64,000 bases of DNA from Nanobdellota archaeon (GTDB lineage Archaea > Nanobdellota > Nanobdellia > SCGC-AAA011-G17 > JACPIM01): the NCBI GenBank assembly GCA_038046265.1, contig JBBSWN010000010.1, forward strand, positions 7,693-71,692. The letters run 5' to 3'. The position numbers and the translations under genes were made by a program. Below, in pieces: positions 1 to 9,684 of this stretch. Every line of letters begins with the position of its first letter. The stretch's first letter is position 1. The notes beneath the pieces are model-generated. The model had not been told where the DNA came from and made no database searches. It saw only the letters and a list, made by a program, of their open reading frames with translations.

Positions 1-1827
1 GGCTATCATACTGAACAACCTCTTTATAGTGCCTTTGGTCAAAATACGTATTTAGGAGTTCAGAATTTACAAGGACCAGAATTAGTTAACGCAATGAAAA
101 CAACAAAAATCTTAGACACTTTTGGAGGATATTCTATTAATGGTAATATACCTATAGATCCAAATAACTTACAAATTGTGACAAATCCAAATACTGGAGC
201 ATTACAAGTTCAAGGTGAATTTTTAGTTAATAATGAGGCTGTAACAAAAAGTATAGATCTTACTGCTGAACAATCTTCGGCTTTATTAAATGAAGGAACT
301 AGTAGTGTTTTAGGAGGAATCTTACAAGTAATTAATGTTATAGCCTGGATATATTTAATTTATCAAGTAATAGATATTGTTGGAAAGGAAGACAAGACTG
401 AAACTATAACTGTTTCCTGCAGTGCTTGGGAACCTCCGAAAGGTGGAGATGAATGTGAGAAATGTAATGAAGAAGGCAAGGACTGTTCAGAGTATAGATG
501 CAGAAGTCTTGGAAAATTATGCAGACTACTAAATGAAGGAACAGATGAAGAAAAATGTGTTGCACAAACTCCTTTGGATGTTGCAAGCCCGAAGATAACT
601 GCTGTCAAGCCAAAGAATTTAGAAATTGAAGAAGCAAAGAACCAAGGATTTACAATTAAGACGTTAGTAAAACCATTTACACCAGTTGATTTAAAGATTC
701 AAACAGATGAACCTTCGAGATGCAAGTTTGACACTAATACTTCTGTCAAGTATGAAAATATGAAATTTAATTTTGGAGACAATTTATACAGAACAGAACA
801 TGAGATGTTGTTTTCACTACCTTCTGAATTAGTTCAGGAAGAAGCTATTAGATTAACTAATGGAGGAAGATATTCCTTATATGTAAGATGCACTGATGCA
901 AATGACAATGCAAACAACAGAGATTATTACATTAAATTTGAAATTGACAAAGGACCAGACTTAACTGCTCCAAAGATTGAGTTAACTTCAATAAAGAACA
1001 ATGGATTTGTTGGAGAGAATATATTGGATGTTGGATTAGATGTTTTTGTAAATGAACCAAGTGAATGCAAATGGGATAGAAATGATGTTGATTTTGATAT
1101 AATGAAGAGTTCATTTATTTGCGTAAGAAATGGTTTAGATCAAAGTCCTTTAAGACAGGGATTGTACAGATGTTCAGGATTATTGAATGACATAAAGAAA
1201 GGAAAGAATAATTTCTACTTCAGATGCAAAGACCAGCCTGGAAAAACAGAAGGAAGAAATGTCAACAAGGAAAGTTATTCATTTAGTTTAACAAGAACAG
1301 AAAAATTAGGAATTACAAGCATTGAGCCTAGAGACAGAGTTTTCCAGACAAATCCAAAAGTAACTGTGAAAACAGCAGCAGGAGCACAAAATGGATTAAG
1401 TTTCTGTGGATATTCAACTGACAGAAATGCTGAATTAGACAGAGTAGCTCAATTTGCAATTACAAACTCAAGCACTCATGAACAGCAGTTAAGGAATTTA
1501 AGAAAAGGAAGATACACATTTTATGTAACTTGTTTAGATGTAGCTGGAAACACTGCAAAAGATTCTGTTAATTTTGAGGTAGCTGCTGACACTGGACAAA
1601 GCGTGATAAGCAATGTTTACAAGGATACAAGCAGCAACATACTAGTGATAGGTACTAATGAAGATTCAACATGTTATTATGATTCAAAACAATTCAGCTT
1701 TGGAGAGGGAATTCTAATGACAGACGCTAATTCAAAGAAACATGAAGCTGTTTTACCAACTAAATATTTCTTTGTGTTGTGTAAGGATGTATTTAACAAT
1801 GAAGAAAGTATAATAGTTTATCCATAA
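1..1827 (+). CDS. 5'-truncated secreted/surface protein with four ~100-aa Cys-containing tandem repeat domains
   Basis: Frame 1 is open from base 1 with no stop before the listed Met at 94, so the gene starts upstream of the window. Four repeats share the pattern C[KY][FWY]D..(M/F)..H..L..Y..C.D..GN. The protein is Cys-rich with no C-terminal TM. Confidence 0.5.
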   Translation, partial: GYHTEQPLYSAFGQNTYLGVQNLQGPELVNAMKTTKILDTFGGYSINGNIPIDPNNLQIVTNPNTGALQVQGEFLVNNEAVTKSIDLTAEQSSALLNEGTSSVLGGILQVINVIAWIYLIYQVIDIVGKEDKTETITVSCSAWEPPKGGDECEKCNEEGKDCSEYRCRSLGKLCRLLNEGTDEEKCVAQTPLDVASPKITAVKPKNLEIEEAKNQGFTIKTLVKPFTPVDLKIQTDEPSRCKFDTNTSVKYENMKFNFGDNLYRTEHEMLFSLPSELVQEEAIRLTNGGRYSLYVRCTDANDNANNRDYYIKFEIDKGPDLTAPKIELTSIKNNGFVGENILDVGLDVFVNEPSECKWDRNDVDFDIMKSSFICVRNGLDQSPLRQGLYRCSGLLNDIKKGKNNFYFRCKDQPGKTEGRNVNKESYSFSLTRTEKLGITSIEPRDRVFQTNPKVTVKTAAGAQNGLSFCGYSTDRNAELDRVAQFAITNSSTHEQQLRNLRKGRYTFYVTCLDVAGNTAKDSVNFEVAADTGQSVISNVYKDTSSNILVIGTNEDSTCYYDSKQFSFGEGILMTDANSKKHEAVLPTKYFFVLCKDVFNNEESIIVYP

Positions 1828-1904
1828 TTCTGTTAAGTTTTTCCGAAATATTTATATATAAGTATATATCTATTAAGTATATATTTATCTAAAAAAGGTA
1901 TAAA

Positions 1905-2186
1905 ATGTCTCAATTACAAATTATGAAAAAGGAAAAAATAAGGCATTCTCCCACTCTAAACACTGTTCTTATGGTAGAAGATGTTTTAAAGGAAGAAGGG
2001 AATTTAATAACAATAGCTGATCTAAAAAGAAAACTTCCAAAAAAAGTAATGCATCAAACATTAACACAGATTTTAGATTACTTACAATTGAGCGGGAAGA
2101 TAATAATTGGAACAAAAGGAATTCTTTGGGTATTTGCAGAAAGAAAAGAAATTGAAGAGATGATTAAAAGAGGAACAGAGGTATGA
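1905..2186 (+). CDS. hypothetical small protein (possible winged-helix-like)
   Basis: 93-aa ORF between the surface protein and the pilin-like gene; no recognisable motif. Confidence 0.3.
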   Translation: MSQLQIMKKEKIRHSPTLNTVLMVEDVLKEEGNLITIADLKRKLPKKVMHQTLTQILDYLQLSGKIIIGTKGILWVFAERKEIEEMIKRGTEV

Positions 2187-2224
2187 ATAAACCAATATAA
2201 TAAAAAATTTGGATACAGGAGAAA

Positions 2225-2713
2225 ATGATGAACAATAAAGGACAATTAATGGAGAAGCCGTTTATTTTTATATTTACAGTAGTTGTTGGAGCATTGATTT
2301 TTATTTTTGGTTTTTACTTGATAAATAATTTAATGAAGGCAGGAAACTGCAGCCAGTTAGGAATATTTGTGAATGACTTAAAAAACGAGGTTGAAAGATA
2401 CTATAATTTTGACATTGGAAGTGCTACTGAAGTAAATTTAAAATTACCAAAGAACATAAAGAATGTTTGCTTTTACACCAGAGATGATTATTTAAACAGA
2501 GCTGAATTTGACAAGATTGACAAGGGATTGTTTGATGCTGTGAATAATTTAGACTATAATGTGATATTTCTGCCTTTGAATACTTGCACAAAGGGATTTT
2601 TTAAGGTAATTAATTTTAAACCCAAGGAAAATCCCACTTGTGTTGTAAATAAAGGAAAGGTGAAATTAAATTTAGAAAACAAGGGAGAATATGTAGAGCT
2701 TTCTAAGAATTAG
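2225..2713 (+). CDS. type IV pilin-like protein (archaeal class III signal peptide)
   Basis: N-terminus MMNNKG|QLMEKPFIFIFTVVVGALIFIFGF: a short basic leader ending in KG followed by a ~22-aa hydrophobic segment. Confidence 0.45.
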   Translation: MMNNKGQLMEKPFIFIFTVVVGALIFIFGFYLINNLMKAGNCSQLGIFVNDLKNEVERYYNFDIGSATEVNLKLPKNIKNVCFYTRDDYLNRAEFDKIDKGLFDAVNNLDYNVIFLPLNTCTKGFFKVINFKPKENPTCVVNKGKVKLNLENKGEYVELSKN

Positions 2714-3872
2714 TTTTTAAATGCTTGTCTAGGAACTGGTAAGCTTGCTCGTGATATTCTAGAGGAAATTCATGAGCTTTGTTTGGAATAAGGCCAATTT
2801 TTAAATTTTCTTCTTTTTCCAAAGTCTTGTAAAGATCTGTAATTGGCTTAAATATTTGTTTTTCAATAAAATCTTTGGGAAAGATAGGATCATTTTCTGT
2901 ATAGATTATCATCAAAGGCCTGGGGGAAATTAAAGCCAAGACAGCATCACCATTAGTGTATTTTGCAATTCCAGGAAGAATTGAGAGCCAGGTTTGAGTG
3001 CCTCCGAAAGTTGGCGGTTCTCTAAAGTTCTCAACAGAGCTGGACAAGACAACAGCTTTTATTCTTTCATCTATTGCTGCCAAGTACATGCATCTTACAC
3101 CGCCGTATGAATGACCAATGCAGCCAATGTTGTTTTTGTCTATTTCTGGAAAAGAATTAAGTAAAAAATCCAATGCACGAATGTCCTCATTAATTGTTAT
3201 TCCAATTGGAGAATATCCTAATTCAAATAAGTCTTGCGCAGCTCTATTTTCTCTTACTTCATGAGAGTCATTTATAATGTCCTGCCTCATGCCAAAAGTA
3301 GAAGTGTCCATTGCAAAAACAAAATACCCTCTTTCAGCCAATTCTTTACCGTAAAACATGGTTTCATCTCCAATGTTTCCAATTGCTTCTGCTGAGCCAT
3401 ATTTTGTGTCGCCACGCTGATGCATTGCTATTATTAATGGGGCTGGGAATTTAATGTCTTTAGGTGCTAAAAAATAAACAAGGGTGCCGGAAGAATTTGT
3501 AGTTGCAATTGTCATTTTATTTTCTGAATATTTTCCTTTATCTATAGGTGCTTCATAATTAATGACCATTTTATTTACTGAAATTGGAATTAATGGGGAG
3601 GATAACAAAGATGAGAGCTCTTTTCCAAAGCTTTTGTCGAATTTTTCCTTCTGCTTCCTGGTTTTTATTTCAGAAACATCATACAAGGGCTTGTTTTTTT
3701 CAGCATCCCTGTTTACAGCTGAAAAGGAATTTACGGCAAAAGAAGATAAATATGCTTCTGGATTTTTTATTTCTTCTTTTGGAAGATTTTTGTAAACAAA
3801 TAAAATTAGGAATAAAAGAAGTATAGAAATGTAAAGAATCCTAAATTTATTTTCCTTAAGGTTGAACATCAT
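2703..3872 (-). CDS. membrane-anchored alpha/beta hydrolase (S9/DLH/PAF-AH-like; GHSYGG nucleophile elbow), tandem copy A
   Basis: N-terminal TM anchor; nucleophile elbow CIGHSYGG; Asp in IIYTENDPIF and His in NKAHEFP complete the triad. Nearly identical to the next gene. Confidence 0.7.
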   Translation of the reverse strand: MMFNLKENKFRILYISILLLFLILFVYKNLPKEEIKNPEAYLSSFAVNSFSAVNRDAEKNKPLYDVSEIKTRKQKEKFDKSFGKELSSLLSSPLIPISVNKMVINYEAPIDKGKYSENKMTIATTNSSGTLVYFLAPKDIKFPAPLIIAMHQRGDTKYGSAEAIGNIGDETMFYGKELAERGYFVFAMDTSTFGMRQDIINDSHEVRENRAAQDLFELGYSPIGITINEDIRALDFLLNSFPEIDKNNIGCIGHSYGGVRCMYLAAIDERIKAVVLSSSVENFREPPTFGGTQTWLSILPGIAKYTNGDAVLALISPRPLMIIYTENDPIFPKDFIEKQIFKPITDLYKTLEKEENLKIGLIPNKAHEFPLEYHEQAYQFLDKHLKTNS

Positions 3873-5041
3873 TCTTGTTTTTGCTTTAAATGCTTGTCTA
3901 GGAACTGGTAAGCTTGCTCGTGATATTCTAGAGGAAATTCATGAGCTTTGTTTGGAATAAGGCCAATTTTTAAATTTTCTTCTTTTTCCAAAGTCTTGTA
4001 AAGATCTGTAATTGGCTTAAATATTTGTTTTTCAATAAAATCTTTGGGAAAGATAGGATCATTTTCTGTATAGATTATCATCAAAGGCCTGGGGGAAATT
4101 AAAGCCAAGACAGCATCACCATTAGTGTATTTTGCAATTCCAGGAAGAATTGAGAGCCAGGTTTGAGTGCCTCCGAAAGTTGGCGGTTCTCTAAAGTTCT
4201 CAACAGAGCTGGACAAGACAACAGCTTTTATTCTTTCATCTATTGCTGCCAAGTACATGCATCTTACACCGCCGTATGAATGACCAATGCAGCCAATGTT
4301 GTTTTTGTCTATTTCTGGAAAAGAATTAAGTAAAAAATCCAATGCACGAATGTCCTCATTAATTGTTATTCCAATTGGAGAATATCCTAATTCAAATAAG
4401 TCTTGCGCAGCTCTATTTTCTCTTACTTCATGAGAGTCATTTATAATGTCCTGCCTCATGCCAAAAGTAGAAGTGTCCATTGCAAAAACAAAATACCCTC
4501 TTTCAGCCAATTCTTTACCGTAAAACATGGTTTCATCTCCAATGTTTCCAATTGCTTCTGCTGAGCCATATTTTGTGTCGCCACGCTGATGCATTGCTAT
4601 TATTAATGGGGCTGGGAATTTAATGTCTTTAGGTGCTAAAAAATAAACAAGGGTGCCGGAAGAATTTGTAGTTGCAATTGTCATTTTATTTTCTGAATAT
4701 TTTCCTTTATCTATAGGTGCTTCATAATTAATGACCATTTTATTTACTGAAATTGGAATTAATGGGGAGGATAACAAAGATGAGAGCTCTTTTCCAAAGC
4801 TTTTGTCGAATTTTTCCTTCTGCTTCCTGGTTTTTATTTCAGATATGTCATATAAGGGTTTGTTTTTTTCAGCTTCTTTACTTACAGCAGTAAAGGAGTT
4901 TACATCAATTAAATATATATGTGCTTCTGGATTTTTTATTTCTTCTTTTGGGAGATTTTTGTAAACAAATAAAATTAGGAATAAAAGAAGTATAGAAATG
5001 TAAAATATCTTGAATTTACGTTCTTTAAGGTTGAACATCAA
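3869..5041 (-). CDS. membrane-anchored alpha/beta hydrolase, tandem copy B
   Basis: Protein identical to copy A across the catalytic core; differs only at the N-terminal anchor region and the last 4-5 residues. Confidence 0.7.
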   Translation of the reverse strand: MMFNLKERKFKIFYISILLLFLILFVYKNLPKEEIKNPEAHIYLIDVNSFTAVSKEAEKNKPLYDISEIKTRKQKEKFDKSFGKELSSLLSSPLIPISVNKMVINYEAPIDKGKYSENKMTIATTNSSGTLVYFLAPKDIKFPAPLIIAMHQRGDTKYGSAEAIGNIGDETMFYGKELAERGYFVFAMDTSTFGMRQDIINDSHEVRENRAAQDLFELGYSPIGITINEDIRALDFLLNSFPEIDKNNIGCIGHSYGGVRCMYLAAIDERIKAVVLSSSVENFREPPTFGGTQTWLSILPGIAKYTNGDAVLALISPRPLMIIYTENDPIFPKDFIEKQIFKPITDLYKTLEKEENLKIGLIPNKAHEFPLEYHEQAYQFLDKHLKQKQE

Positions 5042-5088
5042 TCTGCTTTTGCAAAAGTATTTATATTATTTTCTCTTGTTAAAAGTTT

Positions 5089-5958
5089 ATGAATAAAAAA
5101 GGGATGGAAATTACTTTTAATTGGATTTTTGTTATAATTGCTGGGAGTGTTTTATTGATGTTTTTCCTGTTTTTTGCGTGGAAACAGATAGGATTGTTTA
5201 ACAAATTAGGGATTAATGAGGTAGTTTCAAAATTGAACAATGAAATAGATTCTTTTGCTATAGGGGTTTCACTGAACAAGGTTGTTGAACTGCCTAAAGG
5301 TGTTGATATTAGTTTTAAATGCGGGGAGGTTGTTTTTAAAGGGGCAAAAAAAGACACCTTACATTTAATTTATGCTGAAGGGGATTTTAGAGAGAGATTT
5401 AATTTATGGACAAATGCATGGGTATTTCCTTTTAAAGTTGACAATTTATACTATACTACAAATTCTAATGGGAAGATGTTTATTATTGGAAATGAGAATT
5501 TTTTCTTTAATATACCTAATAAATTTCCAAAATCTAATAATTTAAACCAGGAAGTTGGAAAAAACGATGTTATAGTTGATTTTACAAATTCTAATTTACA
5601 AAGAAATTATAGAGAAAATAAGGTATTAGTAATAGACAGCTCAAGAAATATGATAACTTTTTTTCCTGAGAACAAAAAAGAGGAGTTTTATGGGGAGGAA
5701 ATGATTTATGGGGGTATATTTTCTAGTTATACAGAGTATTCCTGCCTAAGGAAAAAGGCTTTAGAAAGACTAAATGTAATTTCCGAGCTATATAAAAAGA
5801 AGGCTGGATTGCTTAAATTAAATTCAAAATGCAACTTTTTGTATAGTGAAATGGAAAAGACATTAGAGCTTTTTAAGAGAGAGCCATTAAAGTTTAAGAA
5901 TGTGTTAATTGAGCAGAATGACAATTTAAAAAGGAGCGGGTGTGCAAGTGTCTTTTAA
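5089..5958 (+). CDS. type IV pilin-like protein (class III signal peptide)
   Basis: MNKKG|MEITFNWIFVIIAGSVLLMFFLFF; a TATA-like tttatattat lies ~25 nt upstream. Confidence 0.45.
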   Translation: MNKKGMEITFNWIFVIIAGSVLLMFFLFFAWKQIGLFNKLGINEVVSKLNNEIDSFAIGVSLNKVVELPKGVDISFKCGEVVFKGAKKDTLHLIYAEGDFRERFNLWTNAWVFPFKVDNLYYTTNSNGKMFIIGNENFFFNIPNKFPKSNNLNQEVGKNDVIVDFTNSNLQRNYRENKVLVIDSSRNMITFFPENKKEEFYGEEMIYGGIFSSYTEYSCLRKKALERLNVISELYKKKAGLLKLNSKCNFLYSEMEKTLELFKREPLKFKNVLIEQNDNLKRSGCASVF

Positions 5959-6526
5959 AACCTTTTTAGGAAAAAGCTTTACCAAAAAGAAGAACAAAGG
6001 TTCTTATCAACTCCTGGGGAGGAGGGGGCAGGCTGAATTGTCAGAGACTCTGCTTGTTTTGCTAATTGTTGTGTTTTTAATTATAGCAGGGATATTTGTT
6101 TATTATTTGTTTTTTTACAGGAGTTTAGGGAGTATAGGGAGTGAGAAGACTGATTTTGAGAACTTGATATTATTATATACCTTAGGTCAGTCTCCTGAAT
6201 TAAAATGCGAGAATGAGGATTGTGTTGATGTTGTAAAGCTGTTTGCTTTTAAGGAATTAGTTAAAGAGAATAAAGGTTATTATGTTGAGAGGTTTGGGAA
6301 AAGAAGGATAATTATAGAGAGTGTTTACCCGAAATTAAATGAAAATATGCAAAAAACAGAGTGCATATTAGAAAAGTACCAACAAAGCAGTTTTCCGAAT
6401 AATTGTGGGTACATTATAGTTTATGATAATTTACAAAACAACAAAGGAGCATTAAGCGTAAGCCTGCCTGTTTCACTAAACTATGGAAATGAGTATAGAA
6501 TAGGGATGTTACGGGTGCAAGTATGA
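5942..6526 (+). CDS. pilin-like or N-terminally anchored protein (start uncertain; alternative TTG at 6038)
   Basis: ...RRG|QAELSETLLVLLIVVFLIIAG matches a class III signal. The called N-terminus, however, translates the dispersed intergenic motif at 5958-5988, and GGAGGAGGGGG precedes an in-frame TTG at 6038. Confidence 0.4.
   Translation: MQVSFKTFLGKSFTKKKNKGSYQLLGRRGQAELSETLLVLLIVVFLIIAGIFVYYLFFYRSLGSIGSEKTDFENLILLYTLGQSPELKCENEDCVDVVKLFAFKELVKENKGYYVERFGKRRIIIESVYPKLNENMQKTECILEKYQQSSFPNNCGYIIVYDNLQNNKGALSVSLPVSLNYGNEYRIGMLRVQV
5958..5988 (+). promoter_or_regulatory. dispersed motif copy (AACCTTTTTAGGAAAAAGCTTTACCAAAAAG)
   Basis: Member of the motif family described in findings. Confidence 0.35.
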
Positions 6527-6999
6527 GAAGCCTTTTTGAAAAAAAGCCTTTAGGGAAAAATTTTGATAAACTGGGGCAGGCTGAAATGATTGGGCTGGCT
6601 ATACTAGTGGTTATTCTTGTTGTAATTTTAGTTATTGCCTTAAATTTTAATTTTAAACCAAATGATGACAAAGCTGATTTAAGAAAAAACTTAATCGCCA
6701 ATAATCTGCTGAATGCCTTAATCAAGCAGCAAGGAAAGGTAAATATAAAGGAGTTAATTGATGAGTGCTATAGCGAGAAGAGAAGAAATGTCAATAATGG
6801 ACAAAATTGCTTGAAATTGGAAAATGAATTAAATAATGTTTTTTTAGCTGTTTTGGTTAATAGAGATTATAAGGTAAATTTAAGGGCAAATGAAGATTCT
6901 TTTTTTTCAGGAGGAAGTTGCAATAGAGGTATAACAAGCACTCTTTATAGATTTAAAGAAAAAGGAACTTTATTTACAGCTAATTTAACCATTTGCTAA
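6523..6999 (+). CDS. pilin-like or N-terminally anchored protein (start uncertain; alternative ATG at 6586)
   Basis: ...KLG|QAEMIGLAILVVILVVILV; the called N-terminus again overlaps a motif copy (6531-6560). The stretch GGGGCAGGCTGAA(A/T)TG is shared with the previous gene. Confidence 0.4.
   Translation: MRSLFEKKPLGKNFDKLGQAEMIGLAILVVILVVILVIALNFNFKPNDDKADLRKNLIANNLLNALIKQQGKVNIKELIDECYSEKRRNVNNGQNCLKLENELNNVFLAVLVNRDYKVNLRANEDSFFSGGSCNRGITSTLYRFKEKGTLFTANLTIC
6531..6560 (+). promoter_or_regulatory. dispersed motif copy (variant CCTTTTTGAAAAAAAGCCTTTAGGGAAAAA)
   Basis: Motif family, read by eye. Confidence 0.3.
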
Positions 7000-7250
7000 A
7001 TACTATTTTTTAGAGGTAACATAAGTTTACAATCTGAAAATTTTTTAAATCAAGATTAATGGTTATAAGGTTCATATGTTCATTAAAATACAAAATCTGG
7101 GTGAAAGTATCTTCTTGAGTGTATAAATATTTATAAATGAAGAATTTCTTTTATTTTTATATAGTTAAATAATCTGAGGGAAAGATTATAAAAAACTAAT
7201 CAAAAAAATAAATAAAAAAAATATTCCTGATTTTCAGGAGAGGATGACAC

Positions 7251-7256
7251 GGAGGT
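7251..7256 (+). promoter_or_regulatory. Shine-Dalgarno-like GGAGGT 7 nt upstream of the S-layer gene start
   Basis: ggaggtgtttaaATG. Confidence 0.4.
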
Positions 7257-7262
7257 GTTTAA

Positions 7263-9584
7263 ATGCAAAGACTAAAACAAGCCATTAGAAGAGTGGCTGC
7301 TTTAGGTGTTGGTGTTGCTATGTTAGGAGCAACAGTTACAGGTGCAATGGCACAAGCAGCAAGTTTAGATTTGGCTAATCTTCCAGAGCCGTTTGTTTCT
7401 AAAGAGGGAGTTTATAATGATGATACAGCTTTAGTTGTAGGAAGCAAAGCAGATGTATCTGATACTTTAGGTATTGCTGACGTATCTGCAAAACTGCAGT
7501 TCTTGTCAAAGCAAGCTGTAAGTACTTCAGGTACAGTAAGTGTAACAGGTGGAGTTACAGAAGATGTTCCTTTAGATCTAGGAATTGCTAATACAACAGC
7601 AGTTGCTTTGGATTTCTCACTAGAGAAAGCAGATATTGGAAGTTTCTTTGATGGAACAATTAATTTCTTAGATGAAGATATTGAAGCACATGATGAATTA
7701 GTGTTTTTAAGAACAAGTCCATCACTTGAAACAAGTTTAACAAGTTCAGATGATGATTATGAAAGCAATGTATTTTTAGAAGCTGCAAAGGGAGCTATGA
7801 AATACTACTATGTATTTGATGATGCTCTTAATGTATCTAAGGCAACATCATCAGACCCATTGGAAATTAAATTCTTGGGGAAGACTTTAAAGATTACATC
7901 AGTAGAAGCTTCACAAAATAAGTTTACTGCAACAGTTGGTACAGAATACTTTATGAAGGTAGGAGACTCTATTACTGTTGAAGGCAAGAAAGTTACATTA
8001 CAGAATGTAGGAAGCAGTGGAGCTGTTTTAGTTGATGTTGATGGAAAAGTAGACACAATTGATGCAGATTCAAGCAAAGTTGTAAACAATGTTGAAATTA
8101 AAAATGATGACACATTTTATGCAACTTCTAAATCTGAAAGAAGTGCAGCTTTAATTGTAGGAAAAAATGCACAAGATACTTTTGCAGATGGAGATCCTTA
8201 TGTTGGAGAGAACAAGAATAATCCTGACTGGACATGGAAGTTAGGAAACTTGGGAGCAAAAACAGCAACAACAGTATCTAGCGGTGCGACTGATCCTACA
8301 GGTCCATTTATTGGAATTCAAAATGACTTTGTAAAAGATGATGATACAGACAACCCAGTAGGTATTGGGGAATGTTATTCATTACCAAACAACTATGCTC
8401 AAGTTTGTTTAGACAGCTTGACAGTACCTGACACAGATTATTTAACAGTAACATTAGAATATCAGAGCAGTGTTGATACAGCAAAGTCAAAATATGACAA
8501 AGGAAGTTCAAGTTCAAGAGTAATACACATTTCAGCACCAGGAACAGACAGATTTGTTATTCCAGCTGGAATAGACCCATTTATTGAAAATGGAACTTTA
8601 AATGACAATGATGTAAAGACAAGCGAAGTATGGATACAAACAGAAGATGTAGATGCACCAACTTCAGGTGGTTTTGCGTTATTCTATAAAGATGAAAACC
8701 AAAACCCAAACATAGTTTACATAGGTAACTTGTCTATTGCCAATATGTCAATTACTAACAAAGGTGGTTTACCTTCTCGTGGTGTTGGTTTTAATTCTAC
8801 AGCAGGAGACTATTTTTTAAAATTGAATTACCTAAAGACAAAAGACACTAATGTAAGGTTTATGTTGGTTCCAACAACATTAAATACTACAAGAGGTTTA
8901 ATTGTAGGTGTTGTAGGAGACTCGACTACAGAATTAGACTCAGGAACAGATGACTTTTACACAAACTGGTCAATTGGAACTGGTAACTGGACTGCGTTAG
9001 GTTTAACAGCAGCAAAAGAAGAAGCAGCAGAGTTAACATGGGCTACATCCAGCGCATCAGCATTTACACAATTAGGTGCAAAAGATGAAGACCATAGATC
9101 AAAATATGGTATTATTTTGAGAGACCCTAAGAGCAATGGTGCTTCTGACAGAGTAGTTTTCGAAGTACCAGGTGATCAAGTACAAGCTAATGTAGTTGTA
9201 AAAGGTTCAGCAACAACAGTATCTGGTGGAGGAGTAACATACATACCAGCAAAGATTACTGTAAACACTTTGAAAGATACTGAAGTAAGTGATCCTAGTG
9301 CATACAACTTAATCTTGGTAGGTGGTCCTTGTGCAGATCCTTTAGTTGAAAGAGTATCTGGCTTGGGTGTAAGTTGTGGTGCATGGCCATTATCTCCTGG
9401 AGAAGCTATGCTTAAATTAGGAGCAAATGGGGACAAAGTAGCATTATTAGTTGCAGGTACAGATGCTGCAGACACAAGAATGGCAGCAAAAGTATTTAGT
9501 GACTTTGAAGACTACAAGTTGAGCGGAACACAAGCAACATTGGCAGGCAGCATTAATGCGCCTACTGTAAAGAGCAGAGCTTAA
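7263..9584 (+). CDS. S-layer-like / major surface glycoprotein
   Basis: N-terminal signal peptide (RRVAALGVGVAMLGATVTGAMAQAAS); 773 aa, rich in Thr/Ser/Asp/Gly/Val; many N-x-S/T sequons; codon usage distinctly GC-richer than the flanks (high expression); strong RBS. Confidence 0.55.
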   Translation: MQRLKQAIRRVAALGVGVAMLGATVTGAMAQAASLDLANLPEPFVSKEGVYNDDTALVVGSKADVSDTLGIADVSAKLQFLSKQAVSTSGTVSVTGGVTEDVPLDLGIANTTAVALDFSLEKADIGSFFDGTINFLDEDIEAHDELVFLRTSPSLETSLTSSDDDYESNVFLEAAKGAMKYYYVFDDALNVSKATSSDPLEIKFLGKTLKITSVEASQNKFTATVGTEYFMKVGDSITVEGKKVTLQNVGSSGAVLVDVDGKVDTIDADSSKVVNNVEIKNDDTFYATSKSERSAALIVGKNAQDTFADGDPYVGENKNNPDWTWKLGNLGAKTATTVSSGATDPTGPFIGIQNDFVKDDDTDNPVGIGECYSLPNNYAQVCLDSLTVPDTDYLTVTLEYQSSVDTAKSKYDKGSSSSRVIHISAPGTDRFVIPAGIDPFIENGTLNDNDVKTSEVWIQTEDVDAPTSGGFALFYKDENQNPNIVYIGNLSIANMSITNKGGLPSRGVGFNSTAGDYFLKLNYLKTKDTNVRFMLVPTTLNTTRGLIVGVVGDSTTELDSGTDDFYTNWSIGTGNWTALGLTAAKEEAAELTWATSSASAFTQLGAKDEDHRSKYGIILRDPKSNGASDRVVFEVPGDQVQANVVVKGSATTVSGGGVTYIPAKITVNTLKDTEVSDPSAYNLILVGGPCADPLVERVSGLGVSCGAWPLSPGEAMLKLGANGDKVALLVAGTDAADTRMAAKVFSDFEDYKLSGTQATLAGSINAPTVKSRA

Positions 9585-9587
9585 GCA

Positions 9588-9640
9588 AAAAAGCAGAAAC
9601 TCTTTTTTATTTCTTTTTTATTTTATCTTTTTTCTTATTT
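9588..9640 (+). terminator. oligo-T tracts after the S-layer gene
   Basis: ctcttttttatttcttttttattttatcttttttc; archaeal termination is known at oligo-T. Confidence 0.3.
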
Positions 9641-9684
9641 ATTAATTTAGAAAACTTTAATAACAAAAACAGAAAGAAAAGTTT

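Noticed and set aside
363-1114. Three short minus-strand ORFs (363-608, 404-586, 932-1114)
   Set aside because: Antisense inside the repeat-protein gene; low-complexity translations.
3562-3826. Listed + strand ORFs 3562-3795 and 3584-3826 (and the equivalent 4731-4964)
   Set aside because: They are antisense within the two hydrolase gene copies and are duplicated only because the DNA is duplicated.
5079-5357. 92-aa minus-strand ORF
   Set aside because: Overlaps the better-supported pilin-like gene 5089-5958 on the opposite strand.
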